Shown here: positions 9,550 to 20,598 of the stretch, piece by piece | Layout: every line of letters starts with the position of its first letter | Numbering within the stretch: position 1 is the stretch's first letter | From: an uncultured Acidobacteriota bacterium | Lineage (GTDB): Bacteria > Acidobacteriota > Thermoanaerobaculia > Multivoradales > UBA5704 | Assembly: GCA_963755825.1 (NCBI GenBank) | Contig: CAVWLA010000003.1 | Location: 1,313,261-1,377,260 of the forward strand | Direction of reading: 5' to 3' | DNA length: 64,000 bases | Program-made: the position numbers and the translations under genes | Notes under the pieces: model-generated | Database searches by the model: none | Told to the model about the DNA's origin: nothing | What the model saw: the letters and a program-made list of their open reading frames with translations, nothing else

Positions 9550-10836
9550 CGCAGCGAGCACCGTGCGCGTCGGCGCCATGGTGCTGGTGTCGCTCGTCCT
9601 CCTCGCCGCGATCACCTTTCTGATCGGCCGCGAGAACAACCTCTTCAGCCGCAAGGACGAGTACTTCGTCGACTTTTCGACCGTCTCGGGGATCAAGCCG
9701 GGCAACCCGGTGGAGATCGACGGCGTCTCGGTGGGCTCGATCGAGCGCGTCGTGCTGCCGCGCGACCCGCGCAAGAAGTACATCCGCGTGCGGCTCTCCG
9801 TCGACCGCCACTATTCCGAGCGCGTGCGCAGCGATTCGCGGGCGCACATCCGCACCCTCGGTCTCCTCGGCGACAAGTACATCGAGCTCAACTCCGGCAC
9901 CCGGGCCATCCGGTGATCGCGCCGGGAGGGAAGATCCTCGCCGCGCCGGCGACGAGCGTCGACGCCCTCCTCTCGTCGGGCACCGACGTGATGGACAACG
10001 TCTCGACGATCTCATTCCAGCTGAAGGACATCCTGGGGCGGATCGACAAGGGCCAGGGGCTGATCGGCGAGCTCACCAGCGACTCCGCCTCTGGGCGGCA
10101 GATGAAGGCGTCGATCTTCGCCACGCTCGACAACGTCAACCGTATCGCCGCCGACGTCGAGCACGGCTCGGGGCCGCTGCCGCGCCTGCTCAACGATCGC
10201 GCTCTCGCCGACCGCCTGGCGAGCGCCATCGCCGGGCTCGACGAGCTGGTGGCGAGCACGCGGAGCGGCAAGGGCCTGCTGCCGGGCCTGCTCAACGATC
10301 CGGCGACGCGCCTCTCCTACGATCAGACCGTCGCCAGCCTGCAGAAGGTGGCGACCGACCTGCAGCAGGTCACCGGCGAGCTCGAGCACGGCGGCGGCCT
10401 GGTGCCCAAGCTCCTCCACGACGAGGCCTACGCGCGCGAGGTCTCCGGCCGCATCCGCGACATCGTCGACCGCCTCGACTCGGTCTCCCGCAAGCTCGAC
10501 GTCGGCAAGGGGAGCGCCGCCGAGCTCATCAACGACCCCAAGATCTACGACGCCGTCAACGACATCCTCGTCGGCGTCAACGACTCGCGTCTGCTGCGCT
10601 GGCTGATCCGCAACCGGCAGAGCGCCGGCATCAAGAAGCGCTACGACGCGAGCGGCGGCCCCAAGGGCGGCGCTCCGGAGAGCGCCGAGCCGCCGCCGGC
10701 CGGCGCGGGCTCGACCCTCGAACCGCCGACTGAGCCGCCGGCCGCCGAGGGCAGCGAGCCGCCCGCCGCCGAGACCACCGAGCCGGCGCCGCCGCCTGCC
10801 GCCGCACCCTCGCCGCCGCCGGCGGCGCTTCCCTAG
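9536..10836 (+). pseudogene. mlaD: MCE/MlaD-family protein split by a single-base frameshift near 9900 (true lesion or sequencing error)
   Basis: ORF 9536-9916 carries the TM helix and MCE domain (GLLGDKYIEL). ORF 9913-10836 carries the helical extension. One extra C at ~9900 joins them as NSGTPGHPVIAPGG. Confidence 0.8.
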
Positions 10837-10862
10837 ACATCGAGAGGATTCGACCTGACCCT

Positions 10863-11885
10863 ATGACCCGACACATCCTGGTGACCGGGGGGGCCGGCTT
10901 CATCGGCTCTCACCTGGCGCGACGCCTGCTCGCCCGCGGCGATCGCGTCACCGCGCTCGACGACTTCAACGACTTCTACGACCCGGCGCGCAAGCGCGAC
11001 AACGTCGCCGCCACCCGCCGCGCGCCCGGCGGCCAGGGTTTCGCGCTCGTCGAAGGCGACATCCGCGACGCCGCGCTGGTCGACGGTCTCTTCGCGCGCG
11101 GCCGCTTCGACGCCGTCGTCCACCTGGCGGCGCGAGCCGGCGTGCGGCCGAGCCTCGCCGAGCCGGTCCTCTACGAGGACGTCAACTGCATCGGCACCCT
11201 GCGGCTGCTGGAGGCCGCCCGCCACCACGGCCCCGAGGTCTTCCTCTTCGGCTCCTCGTCGTCGGTCTACGGCATCAACACCAAGGTGCCGTTCGCCGAG
11301 GAAGACCCCGTCGAGCAGCCGATCAGCCCCTACGCCACCACCAAGCGCACCGGCGAGCTGCTCTGCTACAACTACCACCACCTCTACGGCCTGCGCACCG
11401 CCTGCCTGCGCTTCTTCACCGTCTACGGCCCGGCGCAGCGGCCGGAGATGGCGATCCACAAGTTCACCGACCGCATCGCCCGCGGCGAGGTGGTGCCGCT
11501 CTACGGCGACGGCGGCAGCCGGCGCGACTACACCTACGTCGACGACATCGTCGACGGGCTCCTGGCCACGCTCGAGCTCGCCCCCGGCTTCGAGATCATC
11601 AACCTGGGCGGCGCCGACACCACCTCGCTCGCCGACCTCGTCCGCTGGATCGCCGCCGAGCTTGCCGTCGAGCCGCGCATCGAATATCTTCCCAACCAGC
11701 CCGGGGACGTCCCCATCACCTTCGCCGACGTGTCCAAGGCAGCCCGGCTCCTGGCCTACTCCCCGAAGGTTCCGATCCGTGAGGGTCTGCGGCGTTTCGT
11801 CGCCTGGTACCGCGAGCACCACGGCCCGCCGGCCGGCGCCACCGCCACCGTCCCCCTCTCCCAGCGAGATCTCGTCAAGCCATGA
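10863..11885 (+). CDS. NAD-dependent epimerase (UDP-glucuronate 4-epimerase-like)
   Basis: TGGAGFIGSH, HLAARAGVRPS, YATTK, FFTVYGPAQRPEMA. Confidence 0.93.
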   Translation: MTRHILVTGGAGFIGSHLARRLLARGDRVTALDDFNDFYDPARKRDNVAATRRAPGGQGFALVEGDIRDAALVDGLFARGRFDAVVHLAARAGVRPSLAEPVLYEDVNCIGTLRLLEAARHHGPEVFLFGSSSSVYGINTKVPFAEEDPVEQPISPYATTKRTGELLCYNYHHLYGLRTACLRFFTVYGPAQRPEMAIHKFTDRIARGEVVPLYGDGGSRRDYTYVDDIVDGLLATLELAPGFEIINLGGADTTSLADLVRWIAAELAVEPRIEYLPNQPGDVPITFADVSKAARLLAYSPKVPIREGLRRFVAWYREHHGPPAGATATVPLSQRDLVKP

Positions 11886-13350
11886 ACATCTGCGTCATCG
11901 GTAGTGGTTACGTGGGCCTGGTGACCGGAGCCTGCCTGGCCGACTTCGGCATGCACGTCATCGGCGTCGACAAGGACGCCGCCAAGGTCGCGGCCCTCTG
12001 CCGCGGCGAGGTGCCGATCTACGAGCCGGGCCTCGCCACCCTGGTGCAGAGCAACATGGCGGAGGGACGCCTCTCCTTCTCCACCGACCTCGGACCGGCG
12101 ATCGAGAGCGCCAAGGTGATCTTCATCGCCGTCGGCACGCCGCCGCTCCCCGACGGCTCGGCCGACCTCACCTTCGTGCGCGAGGTCGCCGCCTCGATCG
12201 CCCGCCATCTGAACGGTTACAAGGTGATCGTCACCAAGTCGACGGTGCCGACCGGCACCGGCCAGATGATCGAGGACATCGTGCGCGGAGTCGCCGGCAA
12301 CCGCCACCGCTTCGCGGTGGTCTCCAACCCCGAGTTCCTCCGCGAGGGCTCGGCGATCGAGGACTTCATGCATCCCGACCGGGTGGTGATCGGCAGCCGC
12401 GACCAGGCGGCGATCGAGCTCATGCTCGACGTCTACTCGCCGTTGAAGGCCGCCGACGTGCCGTTCGTCATCACCACGGTGGAGAGCGCCGAGCTGATCA
12501 AGTACGCCAGCAACGGCTTCCTGGCGGTGAAGATCTCCTTCATCAACGAGGTCGCCCACCTCTGCGAGGCGCTCGGCGCCGACGTCGAGGTGGTGGCGCG
12601 CGGCATGGGGCTCGACAACCGCATCGGCCCCAAGTTCTTGAACGCCGGCCCCGGCTTCGGCGGCTCCTGCTTCCCCAAGGACACCCGCGCCGTCGCCCAG
12701 ATCGCCAGCGAGCAGGGCCTCCGCTTCCGCATCATCGACGCCGTGCTGGAGGCTAACGAGGCGACCAAGGCGCGGATGATCGAGAAGGTCGAGCGCGCGC
12801 TCGGCGGCATGCAGGGCAAGAAGGTCGCCGTCCTCGGCCTCGCCTTCAAGCCCGACACCGACGACATCCGCGAGTCGCCGGCGCTGCCGGTCGTCCGCGG
12901 CCTCCTCGACGGCGGCGCCCGCGTCCACGCCTTCGATCCCGAGGCGATGGCCGGCTGCCGGCCGCTCTTCCCCGAGGCCGTCTTCTGCGACCACGCCTAC
13001 GACGCGGCGAAGGACGCCGACGCGGTCGTCATCTGCACCGAGTGGAACCAGTTCCGCAAGCTCGAGCTGCCGCGCCTGCGCAAGATGATGCGGCGGCCGC
13101 TGGTGATCGACCTGCGCAACCTCTACGAGCCCGAGAAGATGGCCGCGGCGGGCTTCGAGTACATCTCGGTCGGCCGCCCCGACGGCGTGCCGGGTGCCGT
13201 GGGCTCGACCCGGCCGGTCCAGGGCGCCGTCAAGCCCGCGGCGAAGAGACCGGCCAAGCGACCGGCCAAGCCCGCCGCCAAGCGGGCGACGAAGCCCGCG
13301 GCCACCGCGGGCAAACCGAACGGCCGGCCCGCCGGCGAGGGGGCCCGCTC

Positions 13351-13354
<4 letters not shown>
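11882..13354 (+). CDS. ugd: UDP-glucose 6-dehydrogenase with Lys/Pro/Ala-rich C-terminal tail
   Basis: [38 protein letters not shown]. Confidence 0.95.
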
Positions 13355-14340
<986 letters not shown>

Positions 14341-14396
14341 AATCCGACCGGATCGACCCGCGTCGATCCGATCCGTTCCACCTCGGAGCCCACGCC

Positions 14397-14675
14397 ATGC
14401 CGCCGACGGACGACCCGCTGACCGCCCTCACCTTCGCGCTCGAGAAGTATCCGGACCGCGTCGAGATGGTGCCGATCGAGCAGCTGGTCCTCGAGAGCGC
14501 GCGGCAGAACGACAAGCGCGCCGCCTACGTCAAGCTGGCGGTGCCGGACGACGTGGTCAAGAGCCTGCGCGGCCGCGATACCGAGCGCGACCTGGTGCTC
14601 CTCGTGCGGGTGCCGCGCGAGGTCGTCACCCGTCGCGAGAGCCTCATCATCCTCCCCGGCGAGGTCGGCCGGTGA
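14397..14675 (+). CDS. Hypothetical protein (92 aa)
   Basis: MPPTDDPLTALTFALEKY...; host-like codon use; stop overlaps the next start. Confidence 0.75.
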   Translation: MPPTDDPLTALTFALEKYPDRVEMVPIEQLVLESARQNDKRAAYVKLAVPDDVVKSLRGRDTERDLVLLVRVPREVVTRRESLIILPGEVGR

Positions 14676-14986
14676 CCGGGCCGGCCGGAGTGCCCGGGGT
14701 GCCCGGAGGATCGGGAGCCGGCGTCGCCTGCGCCCGCTGCGGGCGGCCGGACGCCCCGGCGCTCGCCAAGCCGCCGCTCCGCGGCGAGATCGGCCGTGAG
14801 CTCCTGGCGCGCGTCTGCGCCGACTGCTGGCGCGACTGGCAGGCTGCCGAGGTGATGGTGATCAACGAGCTCCGCCTGAACTTCATGGACCCCGCCGCGC
14901 AGGAGACGCTGACGCGCCAGATGCGCGAGTTCCTCAAGCTCGATCCGCCCGCCGACGCCGCCGTCGATCCGCCCGGATCGCCCTAG
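14672..14986 (+). CDS. Fe(II)-trafficking / oxidative-damage protection protein, YggX-like
   Basis: GEIGRELLARVCADCWRDWQ...MVINELRLNFMDP...MREFL. Confidence 0.85.
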   Translation: MTGPAGVPGVPGGSGAGVACARCGRPDAPALAKPPLRGEIGRELLARVCADCWRDWQAAEVMVINELRLNFMDPAAQETLTRQMREFLKLDPPADAAVDPPGSP

Positions 14987-15034
14987 GCGCGGCGCCGGCC
15001 GCGCACTGCCGCCCCCTCGCCGCGCCCTCTCCTG

Positions 15035-15799
15035 ATGGCCCCCGAGAACGCCGAGCTTTCCGAGACCGCCGAGAGCGTGCCGCCCGGCCGCCGCGTGCCG
15101 CGCCAGGCGCTCGTCCGCTTCGCCATCCTCGTCACCGTCGTCGTCGCCGGCTTCGCGGCCCTCCGCTGGACGCCGCTCGCCGGCCTGCTGAACGAGAAGA
15201 CCCTCCTCTCCTACCGCGACCTGCTGCGCCACAGCTGGTGGGCGGGGCCGGCGCTCCTCGCCAGCTACGTCCTGCTCTGTCCGCTGGGCTTCCCGGCGAG
15301 CCCGATGATGGTCACCGGCGGCGTCGTCTTCGGCGCCGTCTGGGGCTCGGTCTACAACATCGTCGGCACCTCGCTCGGCGGCATCGCCACCTACTTCCTG
15401 GGGCGCGCGCTGGGGCGCGACTTCGTGGCCCAGATCGGCGGCAAGCGGCTGAAGAAGATCGAGCGCCAGGTGGCGCGGCGCGGCTTCTGGGGGATGGTCG
15501 GGGTGCGCTTCCTCCCCTTCCCCTTCGCCGTCGTCAACTACTGCGCGGCGCTCGCCGGCATCCCGCCGGCGCTCTTCGTCACCACGACGGTGATCGGCCT
15601 CACCCCGATCAACATCGTCTACACCTACTTCACCGCCGCCCTCCTCGAGGTCGGCGGCCCCGAGCGCGGCCGCGTCTACCTGCGCCTGACCTTCGTCTCG
15701 CTCGCCCTCGCCTTCTTCACCGTCTTCCCGCAGGTCTGGGCGGGGCGCCAGCGCCGGCGCCGCTATCGCGAGCTGCTGGCGGCGCGCGGCGCGCGCTAG
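15035..15799 (+). CDS. TVP38/TMEM64 (VTT/DedA) membrane protein
   Basis: GGVVFG, YFLGRALG, RFLPFPFAVVNY. Confidence 0.88.
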   Translation: MAPENAELSETAESVPPGRRVPRQALVRFAILVTVVVAGFAALRWTPLAGLLNEKTLLSYRDLLRHSWWAGPALLASYVLLCPLGFPASPMMVTGGVVFGAVWGSVYNIVGTSLGGIATYFLGRALGRDFVAQIGGKRLKKIERQVARRGFWGMVGVRFLPFPFAVVNYCAALAGIPPALFVTTTVIGLTPINIVYTYFTAALLEVGGPERGRVYLRLTFVSLALAFFTVFPQVWAGRQRRRRYRELLAARGAR

Positions 15800-16881
15800 C
15801 GACCCAGCGCCGCTTCCACCTCGGCCACGTCCAGGAACAGCACGCCGTCCTTCGCCGCCGCGCGGGGATCGAACTCGTAGTCGCGGACGACGCGGCGGAA
15901 GGCTTCCTTGAGGGCGCGGGCGCCGAGGCGCGGCTGGCGCGACGCCTCGACGGCGATGCGGCGGACGGCGGCGGGCGAGATGGCGAGGTGGATGCCGCGG
16001 CTCTCGAAGTAAGCGCGGGTCTGGTGGAAGGCGGAGTCGGGGACCTCGAGGAAGATGCGCACCAGGTCGTCCTGCGACAGGTTGTCGAGGAGGAGGACGG
16101 CGTCGAAGCGCGACAGGAACTGCGGGCTCATCCCGTAGTCGAAGAGATCGTCGTTGCGCAGCCAGTCGCGCAGCTCGAAGGCGAGCGTCTCGCGCACCTG
16201 GCCGCCCTCGACGACGGTCTTCGGCTGCAGGAACCCCTTGTCGCGGCCGATCGTGACGCGGTCGAAGACGGCGTCGTAGAGCCCCTCGAAGGCGCCGGCG
16301 CAGACGAAGAGGAGGCCCGAGGAGTCGACCGTCGCCGTGCCGCCGCCGGCCCAGGCGGGGAGGACCACCGGCACCGCCTCGTTCTCGATCAGGGTGAGGA
16401 GCGCCTCCTGGGCGCGGATGCCGGAGACGTTGGTCACCTCGCCGACGCGGGCGCGGATCTTGTCCACCTCGTCGACGAAGACCACCCCGGAGGCGGCGCG
16501 GGCGAGGATCTCCTCGATCGCCGCGCCCGGCCCGAGCTGCTCGCGGGCGCGCTCGAGCAGGCGGGCGAGGACCGCCTGGCCCGGCCGGCCGCGCTCGGCC
16601 TCCTCGCCGAGGACATTGGCGTGGAGGCGGACGACGGTCGAGCGGACGGCGAGCTCCGGGTCGGAGCCGAGATAGGCCTCGACGGCGCGCAGCAGGGTCG
16701 TCTTCCCCGTCCCCGAGGAGCCGATCATCAGGATGTTGCCGGAGCGCTGGCCTCCCAGGTGCTTGGCGAGAGCGACCGCCATCTCGCGCACGGCGTTTTC
16801 CTGGCCCATCAGCCGCCGCGAGAGGGCGGCGGCGATCGCCAGGGGATCGAAGCTGCGGGCGGCCGGGATGGCGGCGGACAT
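15796..16881 (-). CDS. ClpX/HslU-like AAA+ ATPase without an N-terminal zinc domain
   Basis: GQENA, GSSGTGKT, FVDEVDKI, QEALLTLIE, CAGAF, YGMSPQFLSRF, LGARAL. Confidence 0.88.
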   Translation of the reverse strand: MSAAIPAARSFDPLAIAAALSRRLMGQENAVREMAVALAKHLGGQRSGNILMIGSSGTGKTTLLRAVEAYLGSDPELAVRSTVVRLHANVLGEEAERGRPGQAVLARLLERAREQLGPGAAIEEILARAASGVVFVDEVDKIRARVGEVTNVSGIRAQEALLTLIENEAVPVVLPAWAGGGTATVDSSGLLFVCAGAFEGLYDAVFDRVTIGRDKGFLQPKTVVEGGQVRETLAFELRDWLRNDDLFDYGMSPQFLSRFDAVLLLDNLSQDDLVRIFLEVPDSAFHQTRAYFESRGIHLAISPAAVRRIAVEASRQPRLGARALKEAFRRVVRDYEFDPRAAAKDGVLFLDVAEVEAALGR

Positions 16882-16915
16882 CGAAGGGGATTGTAGCCTT
16901 GGGCGGCGATCGCGC

Positions 16916-16944
16916 TTGGCAAGCGGCGGCGGGTCGTCTACATT
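16916..16944 (+). promoter_or_regulatory. Putative sigma70 promoter
   Basis: TTGGCA-N17-TACATT upstream of an AAGGAG RBS and the ATG at 16979. Confidence 0.5.
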
Positions 16945-16978
16945 CTAGTGGCCTTCCCGCGGCCACAAAAGGAGAACC

Positions 16979-18058
16979 ATGGTCCGACGGCACTCACCGC
17001 CCTCTGCGCGCCGGCTCCCGGCGGTCTCCCTGCTCGCCGCGACGCTCGCGGTAGTCGCGGCATTCGCGGCGCTCGCCCAGCCCGCAGCCGGCGCGCCACC
17101 CCCGGCGCAGACCACGGCGCAGGTGCTCGCTCAGGCGCAGGAGCTGGTCGACGCCAACAACCCCAAGCAGGCGCTGCCCCTCCTCGACGATCTGCTGCGC
17201 CGCGAGCCGGGCAACGCCCGCGCCCTCCTCCTGCGCAGCACCGCGCACTTCCTCTCCGACGACCTCGCCGGCGGCAAGCGGGACCTCGACCGCGCCCTGG
17301 AGCTCGACCCGACGCTGCGCCAGGGTTGGCTCAACCGCGCCGCATTCGAGGTCGCCGGCAAGCGCTACGACGCCGGCCTCGCCGCCTTCAGCCAGGCCGA
17401 GAAGCTCGATCCGCGGGCGCCGGAGAACGACCTCAACATCGGCGCCGTCCTCCTCCTGCAGGGCAAGCTGCAGGCGGCGAACGCCCGCTTCGAGAGCTAT
17501 CTCAAGAAGCAGCCCGGCATCGCCGACGCGAGCTATCTGGTGGCGAGCAACTACGCCGCGGCGGGGTACGCGGCGCTCGCCGTCGCCAACCTGCGCCACG
17601 CCATCGACCTCGACGAGCGCTCGCGCCTGAGGGCGCGGACCGACGGCAACTTCGCCGCCCTGTCGAAGGATCCCCACTACCTGGAGCTGCTGGCGACCGA
17701 CCGCTACCAGCCGCCGGCGGGCTCCCACACCGCCTCGCGCAGCTACGAGACGAGCTACGACTCGGCCGACGGCACCCTCCTCTCGGCGGTGGTCGAGGCG
17801 ATGCAGCTCGCCGGCGAGCGCTTCGACCCGCGCGTCGAGACGACACCGGACTGGGCGCTCCTGCAGGGCGACATGCGGGTCAAGGTGAGCCGCGGTCCCG
17901 ACGGCAAGGGGCTCGTCCAGGCGAGCGCCCCCTTCGAGCGCATGCAGATCAAGGATTGGCAGCGGCGCAGCGAGAAGCTCTTCCAGGGGATCGCCGTGCA
18001 GCTCTACAACCGGCAGATCTCGAGCATGAAGCAGCGTCCAAAGCCCCCCGCCCGCTGA
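16979..18058 (+). CDS. Exported TPR-repeat protein
   Basis: Signal peptide followed by TPR helices (LDRALELDP, AEKLDPRAP). Confidence 0.85.
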   Translation: MVRRHSPPSARRLPAVSLLAATLAVVAAFAALAQPAAGAPPPAQTTAQVLAQAQELVDANNPKQALPLLDDLLRREPGNARALLLRSTAHFLSDDLAGGKRDLDRALELDPTLRQGWLNRAAFEVAGKRYDAGLAAFSQAEKLDPRAPENDLNIGAVLLLQGKLQAANARFESYLKKQPGIADASYLVASNYAAAGYAALAVANLRHAIDLDERSRLRARTDGNFAALSKDPHYLELLATDRYQPPAGSHTASRSYETSYDSADGTLLSAVVEAMQLAGERFDPRVETTPDWALLQGDMRVKVSRGPDGKGLVQASAPFERMQIKDWQRRSEKLFQGIAVQLYNRQISSMKQRPKPPAR

Positions 18059-18312
18059 AGCGGGGCGACCTGCCAGAGGAGCTCCTCGGCGCCCTCGCCG
18101 AGGCCGGCCCCTGCCGCGTCGAGCGGCGGGTCGAAAAGAAGATGCTGCCCGGCTGTTCCGCGATACAGTCAGCGCACCGACGACGATCGCAGCTCCAGAG
18201 GATCGGGAAGCCAGGGGGGCTTCGCGGCCATGTTTCGCTGCACACGGACTCCTGCCTCGATCGAGCGCGCCCGGCGATGCCGCCGGCGCGCCGGTGCCGA
18301 GGTCCGCCCGGC

Positions 18313-20118
18313 ATGACCGCCGAGACGAGAGCCGGCCGCGGCGCGCCGAACCTGCTCGGCGCGCTGCCCGTCGCCGCCAGCGTCTTCTCTCTGGCCATCG
18401 CGGCGCTGGCTCTGGCCGGCTGGGCGCTCGACCTTCCCAGCCTCCGCGGGGTCAGCCCGCGCCTGGTGGCGATGAACCCGATGACCGCGATCGGCCTCTC
18501 GCTCGCGGCGCTCTCCCTCGTCGCCCTCCGCCGTCGCGGCGCCAGCGCCCTCCGTCGGCGGGCCGGCATCGCGGCAGCCGTCGGAACGGCCGCGATCGGC
18601 GCTCTCCGCCTCGCCGAGGCCGCCGGCCTGACTTCCGCCGCCGTCGACCGCCTGCTCTTTCCGCAGCTCCTCGCCGCGGGAAGGGGACGCATGGTGCCGA
18701 GCACCGCCTTCTGCCTGCTTCTCCTCGGCGCCGGTCTCGCTCTCCTCGATTGGCGGCGCCGCGTCGGCAGGTCGCTCCGCCTCATGCCGGGCACCATCGC
18801 CCTGGCGGCGGCGGCGGCGATCAGCTCCTCGGTCTTCGTTGCCTACAGCTACCTCGGCTCCATCCTCCTCCTCCCCGGCGCGGTGAGCGGCATGGCGCTC
18901 AACACCGCCGCCTGCTTGGTCGCCCTCACCCTCGGCGCCCTCGCCAGCCGGCCGGACCGCGGCCTGATCGCGCTGTTGACCAGCGACGGTGAGGCCGGGG
19001 CCCTCGCCCGGCGGCTGATCCTGTGGACCACCGTCCTGCCGCTCGCCCTCGGTTGGCTGCGCTACGCCGGCCAGATGTTCGGCTGGTACCCGGTCGAGCT
19101 CGGCATCGCGTTCATGGCGGTGGGCACCATCCTCCTCCTCGCCCTCGTCGTCTGGGCGGCGGCCTCGTCGGTCGGCCGCGCCGTCGCCGCCCGCCGCAGC
19201 GCGCTCGACGCCCTGTCGGTCAGCGAGCGGCGGTTCCGCGAGCTCTTCGTCGAGAGCCCGTCGTCGATCTGGACGCACGACGGGGCGGGGACGCTCACCA
19301 CCGTCAACCCCACCGCCGCGGCGGCCCTCGGCTACAGCCGCGAGGAGATGACCGGCCGCCGGCTCTCCGATTTCCTCTCGCCGGAGAGCGCGGCGCGCTT
19401 CGAGGAGCACCTGACGGCTCTGCGCCATCGCGGACGGCAGGAGGAGCTGATCGACGTCGTCACCCGCGCCGGCGAGGAGCGCACCTGGCTCTACACTCAG
19501 CGCTGGATCGAGGAGGAGGTCGCCGTCCCCTTTGCGCTCGGCCACGCGCTCGACGTCACCCAGCGCCAGCAGGCCGAGCGCAGGATGGCGCACCAGGCGT
19601 TCCACGATGCGCTGACCGGGATCGCCAATCGCGCCCTCTTCGACGACCGGCTGGCGCAGTCGCTCGCCCATGCCGAGCGGCACGGCAGCCGCCTGGCGGT
19701 CTTCTTCCTCGACCTCGACGGCTTCAAGCCGATCAACGACGCCTACGGCCACGCCGCCGGCGATCGCGTCCTCCACGAGACTGCCCTGCGGCTGGCGCGG
19801 AGCGTCCGCCAGGAGGACACCGTGGCGCGCCGCGGCGGCGACGAGTTCGCCCTCCTCCTCGTCGACATCGACCACGCCGACGCCGTCCGCATCGGCGAGA
19901 ACCTCCTCGCCCTGATCGCCAGCCCGGTCGAGCACGACGGCGAGCTCCTCCACGTCACCGGCTCGCTCGGCATCAGCTTCTACCCCGAGAGCGCCGCCAC
20001 TCCCGAAGCCCTCCTGCAGGCCGCCGACCGCGCCCTCTATCGCTCGAAAGCCGAAGGTCGCGGCCAGATCAATCTCTCCTTCTCCGCCGGCCAGCCGCTA
20101 CCTTCGACGGCGAACTGA
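18313..20118 (+). CDS. Membrane PAS-GGDEF diguanylate cyclase
   Basis: ~7 TM segments, PAS domain (ALGYSREEMTG), HDALTGIANR, DLDGFKPINDAYGH, RRGGDEF. Confidence 0.93.
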   Translation: MTAETRAGRGAPNLLGALPVAASVFSLAIAALALAGWALDLPSLRGVSPRLVAMNPMTAIGLSLAALSLVALRRRGASALRRRAGIAAAVGTAAIGALRLAEAAGLTSAAVDRLLFPQLLAAGRGRMVPSTAFCLLLLGAGLALLDWRRRVGRSLRLMPGTIALAAAAAISSSVFVAYSYLGSILLLPGAVSGMALNTAACLVALTLGALASRPDRGLIALLTSDGEAGALARRLILWTTVLPLALGWLRYAGQMFGWYPVELGIAFMAVGTILLLALVVWAAASSVGRAVAARRSALDALSVSERRFRELFVESPSSIWTHDGAGTLTTVNPTAAAALGYSREEMTGRRLSDFLSPESAARFEEHLTALRHRGRQEELIDVVTRAGEERTWLYTQRWIEEEVAVPFALGHALDVTQRQQAERRMAHQAFHDALTGIANRALFDDRLAQSLAHAERHGSRLAVFFLDLDGFKPINDAYGHAAGDRVLHETALRLARSVRQEDTVARRGGDEFALLLVDIDHADAVRIGENLLALIASPVEHDGELLHVTGSLGISFYPESAATPEALLQAADRALYRSKAEGRGQINLSFSAGQPLPSTAN

Positions 20119-20121
20119 ACG

Positions 20122-20143
20122 GCTGAGCGAGCGGCCGCTCAGC
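20122..20143 (+). terminator. GC hairpin after the GGDEF gene (no U-tract)
   Basis: GCTGAGCG-N6-CGCTCAGC, 3 nt after the stop codon. Confidence 0.4.
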
Positions 20144-20194
20144 AGTGCTAGCATGAATGCTAGTGACTCGCCGTCGGCCCAAGAGGAGATTCAC

Positions 20195-20560
20195 ATGTCG
20201 ACTCGGAGCTGGATCATCGCGTTGTGGCTCATCGCCCCGCTACTCGTGGGCGGTAAAGCCCTGACGACGGAGATGGCACAGGAGCTCAAGGTGGTCGAAC
20301 TGAAGGAACATCCTGAGCTGGAGATCCCTCCTGCCTTCGGAATCGGCGTCGAGAGCGGAGGAGCGGGCTCGGCGCTGAGAGGCTTCGGCCCAGAGAGCCA
20401 GCACGTCGCCGTGCAACCACCTCCACCGTCCCTGGATATGCTTCCTTCGATCAAAGATGCCACATGCGCCAGTGTGGACGGTATCTGTGCGTGCGTGGCA
20501 AGCGCAGGCAACTACTGCAACGCGAACCCATGCGAGGTCCTTTGCCTCAAAACCCCTTAG
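20195..20560 (+). CDS. Small secreted precursor with a C-terminal 6-Cys core
   Basis: GAGGAG RBS; signal peptide MSTRSWIIALWLIAPLLVGGKA; C-terminus CASVDGICACVASAGNYCNANPCEVLC. Confidence 0.75.
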   Translation: MSTRSWIIALWLIAPLLVGGKALTTEMAQELKVVELKEHPELEIPPAFGIGVESGGAGSALRGFGPESQHVAVQPPPPSLDMLPSIKDATCASVDGICACVASAGNYCNANPCEVLCLKTP

Positions 20561-20598
20561 CTGCTCCGCAGCGGCTTGGTCTCTCCGCCAGAGTTGGG

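Noticed and set aside
9914-9916. TGA in mlaD as a selenocysteine codon, given that selB is present
   Set aside because: The continuation is in a different frame, so this is a frameshift rather than readthrough.
10670-10833. Repetitive GAGCCGCCG DNA at the end of mlaD
   Set aside because: It encodes a Pro/Glu/Ala low-complexity tail and is not a repeat element.
18059-18312. Possible gene remnant between the TPR and GGDEF genes
   Set aside because: I found no recognisable motif or RBS in any frame.
16948-20118. 1056-aa ORF suggesting a giant GGDEF fusion
   Set aside because: The N-terminal ~450 aa is an off-frame reading over the TPR gene; the protein-like part starts near 18313.
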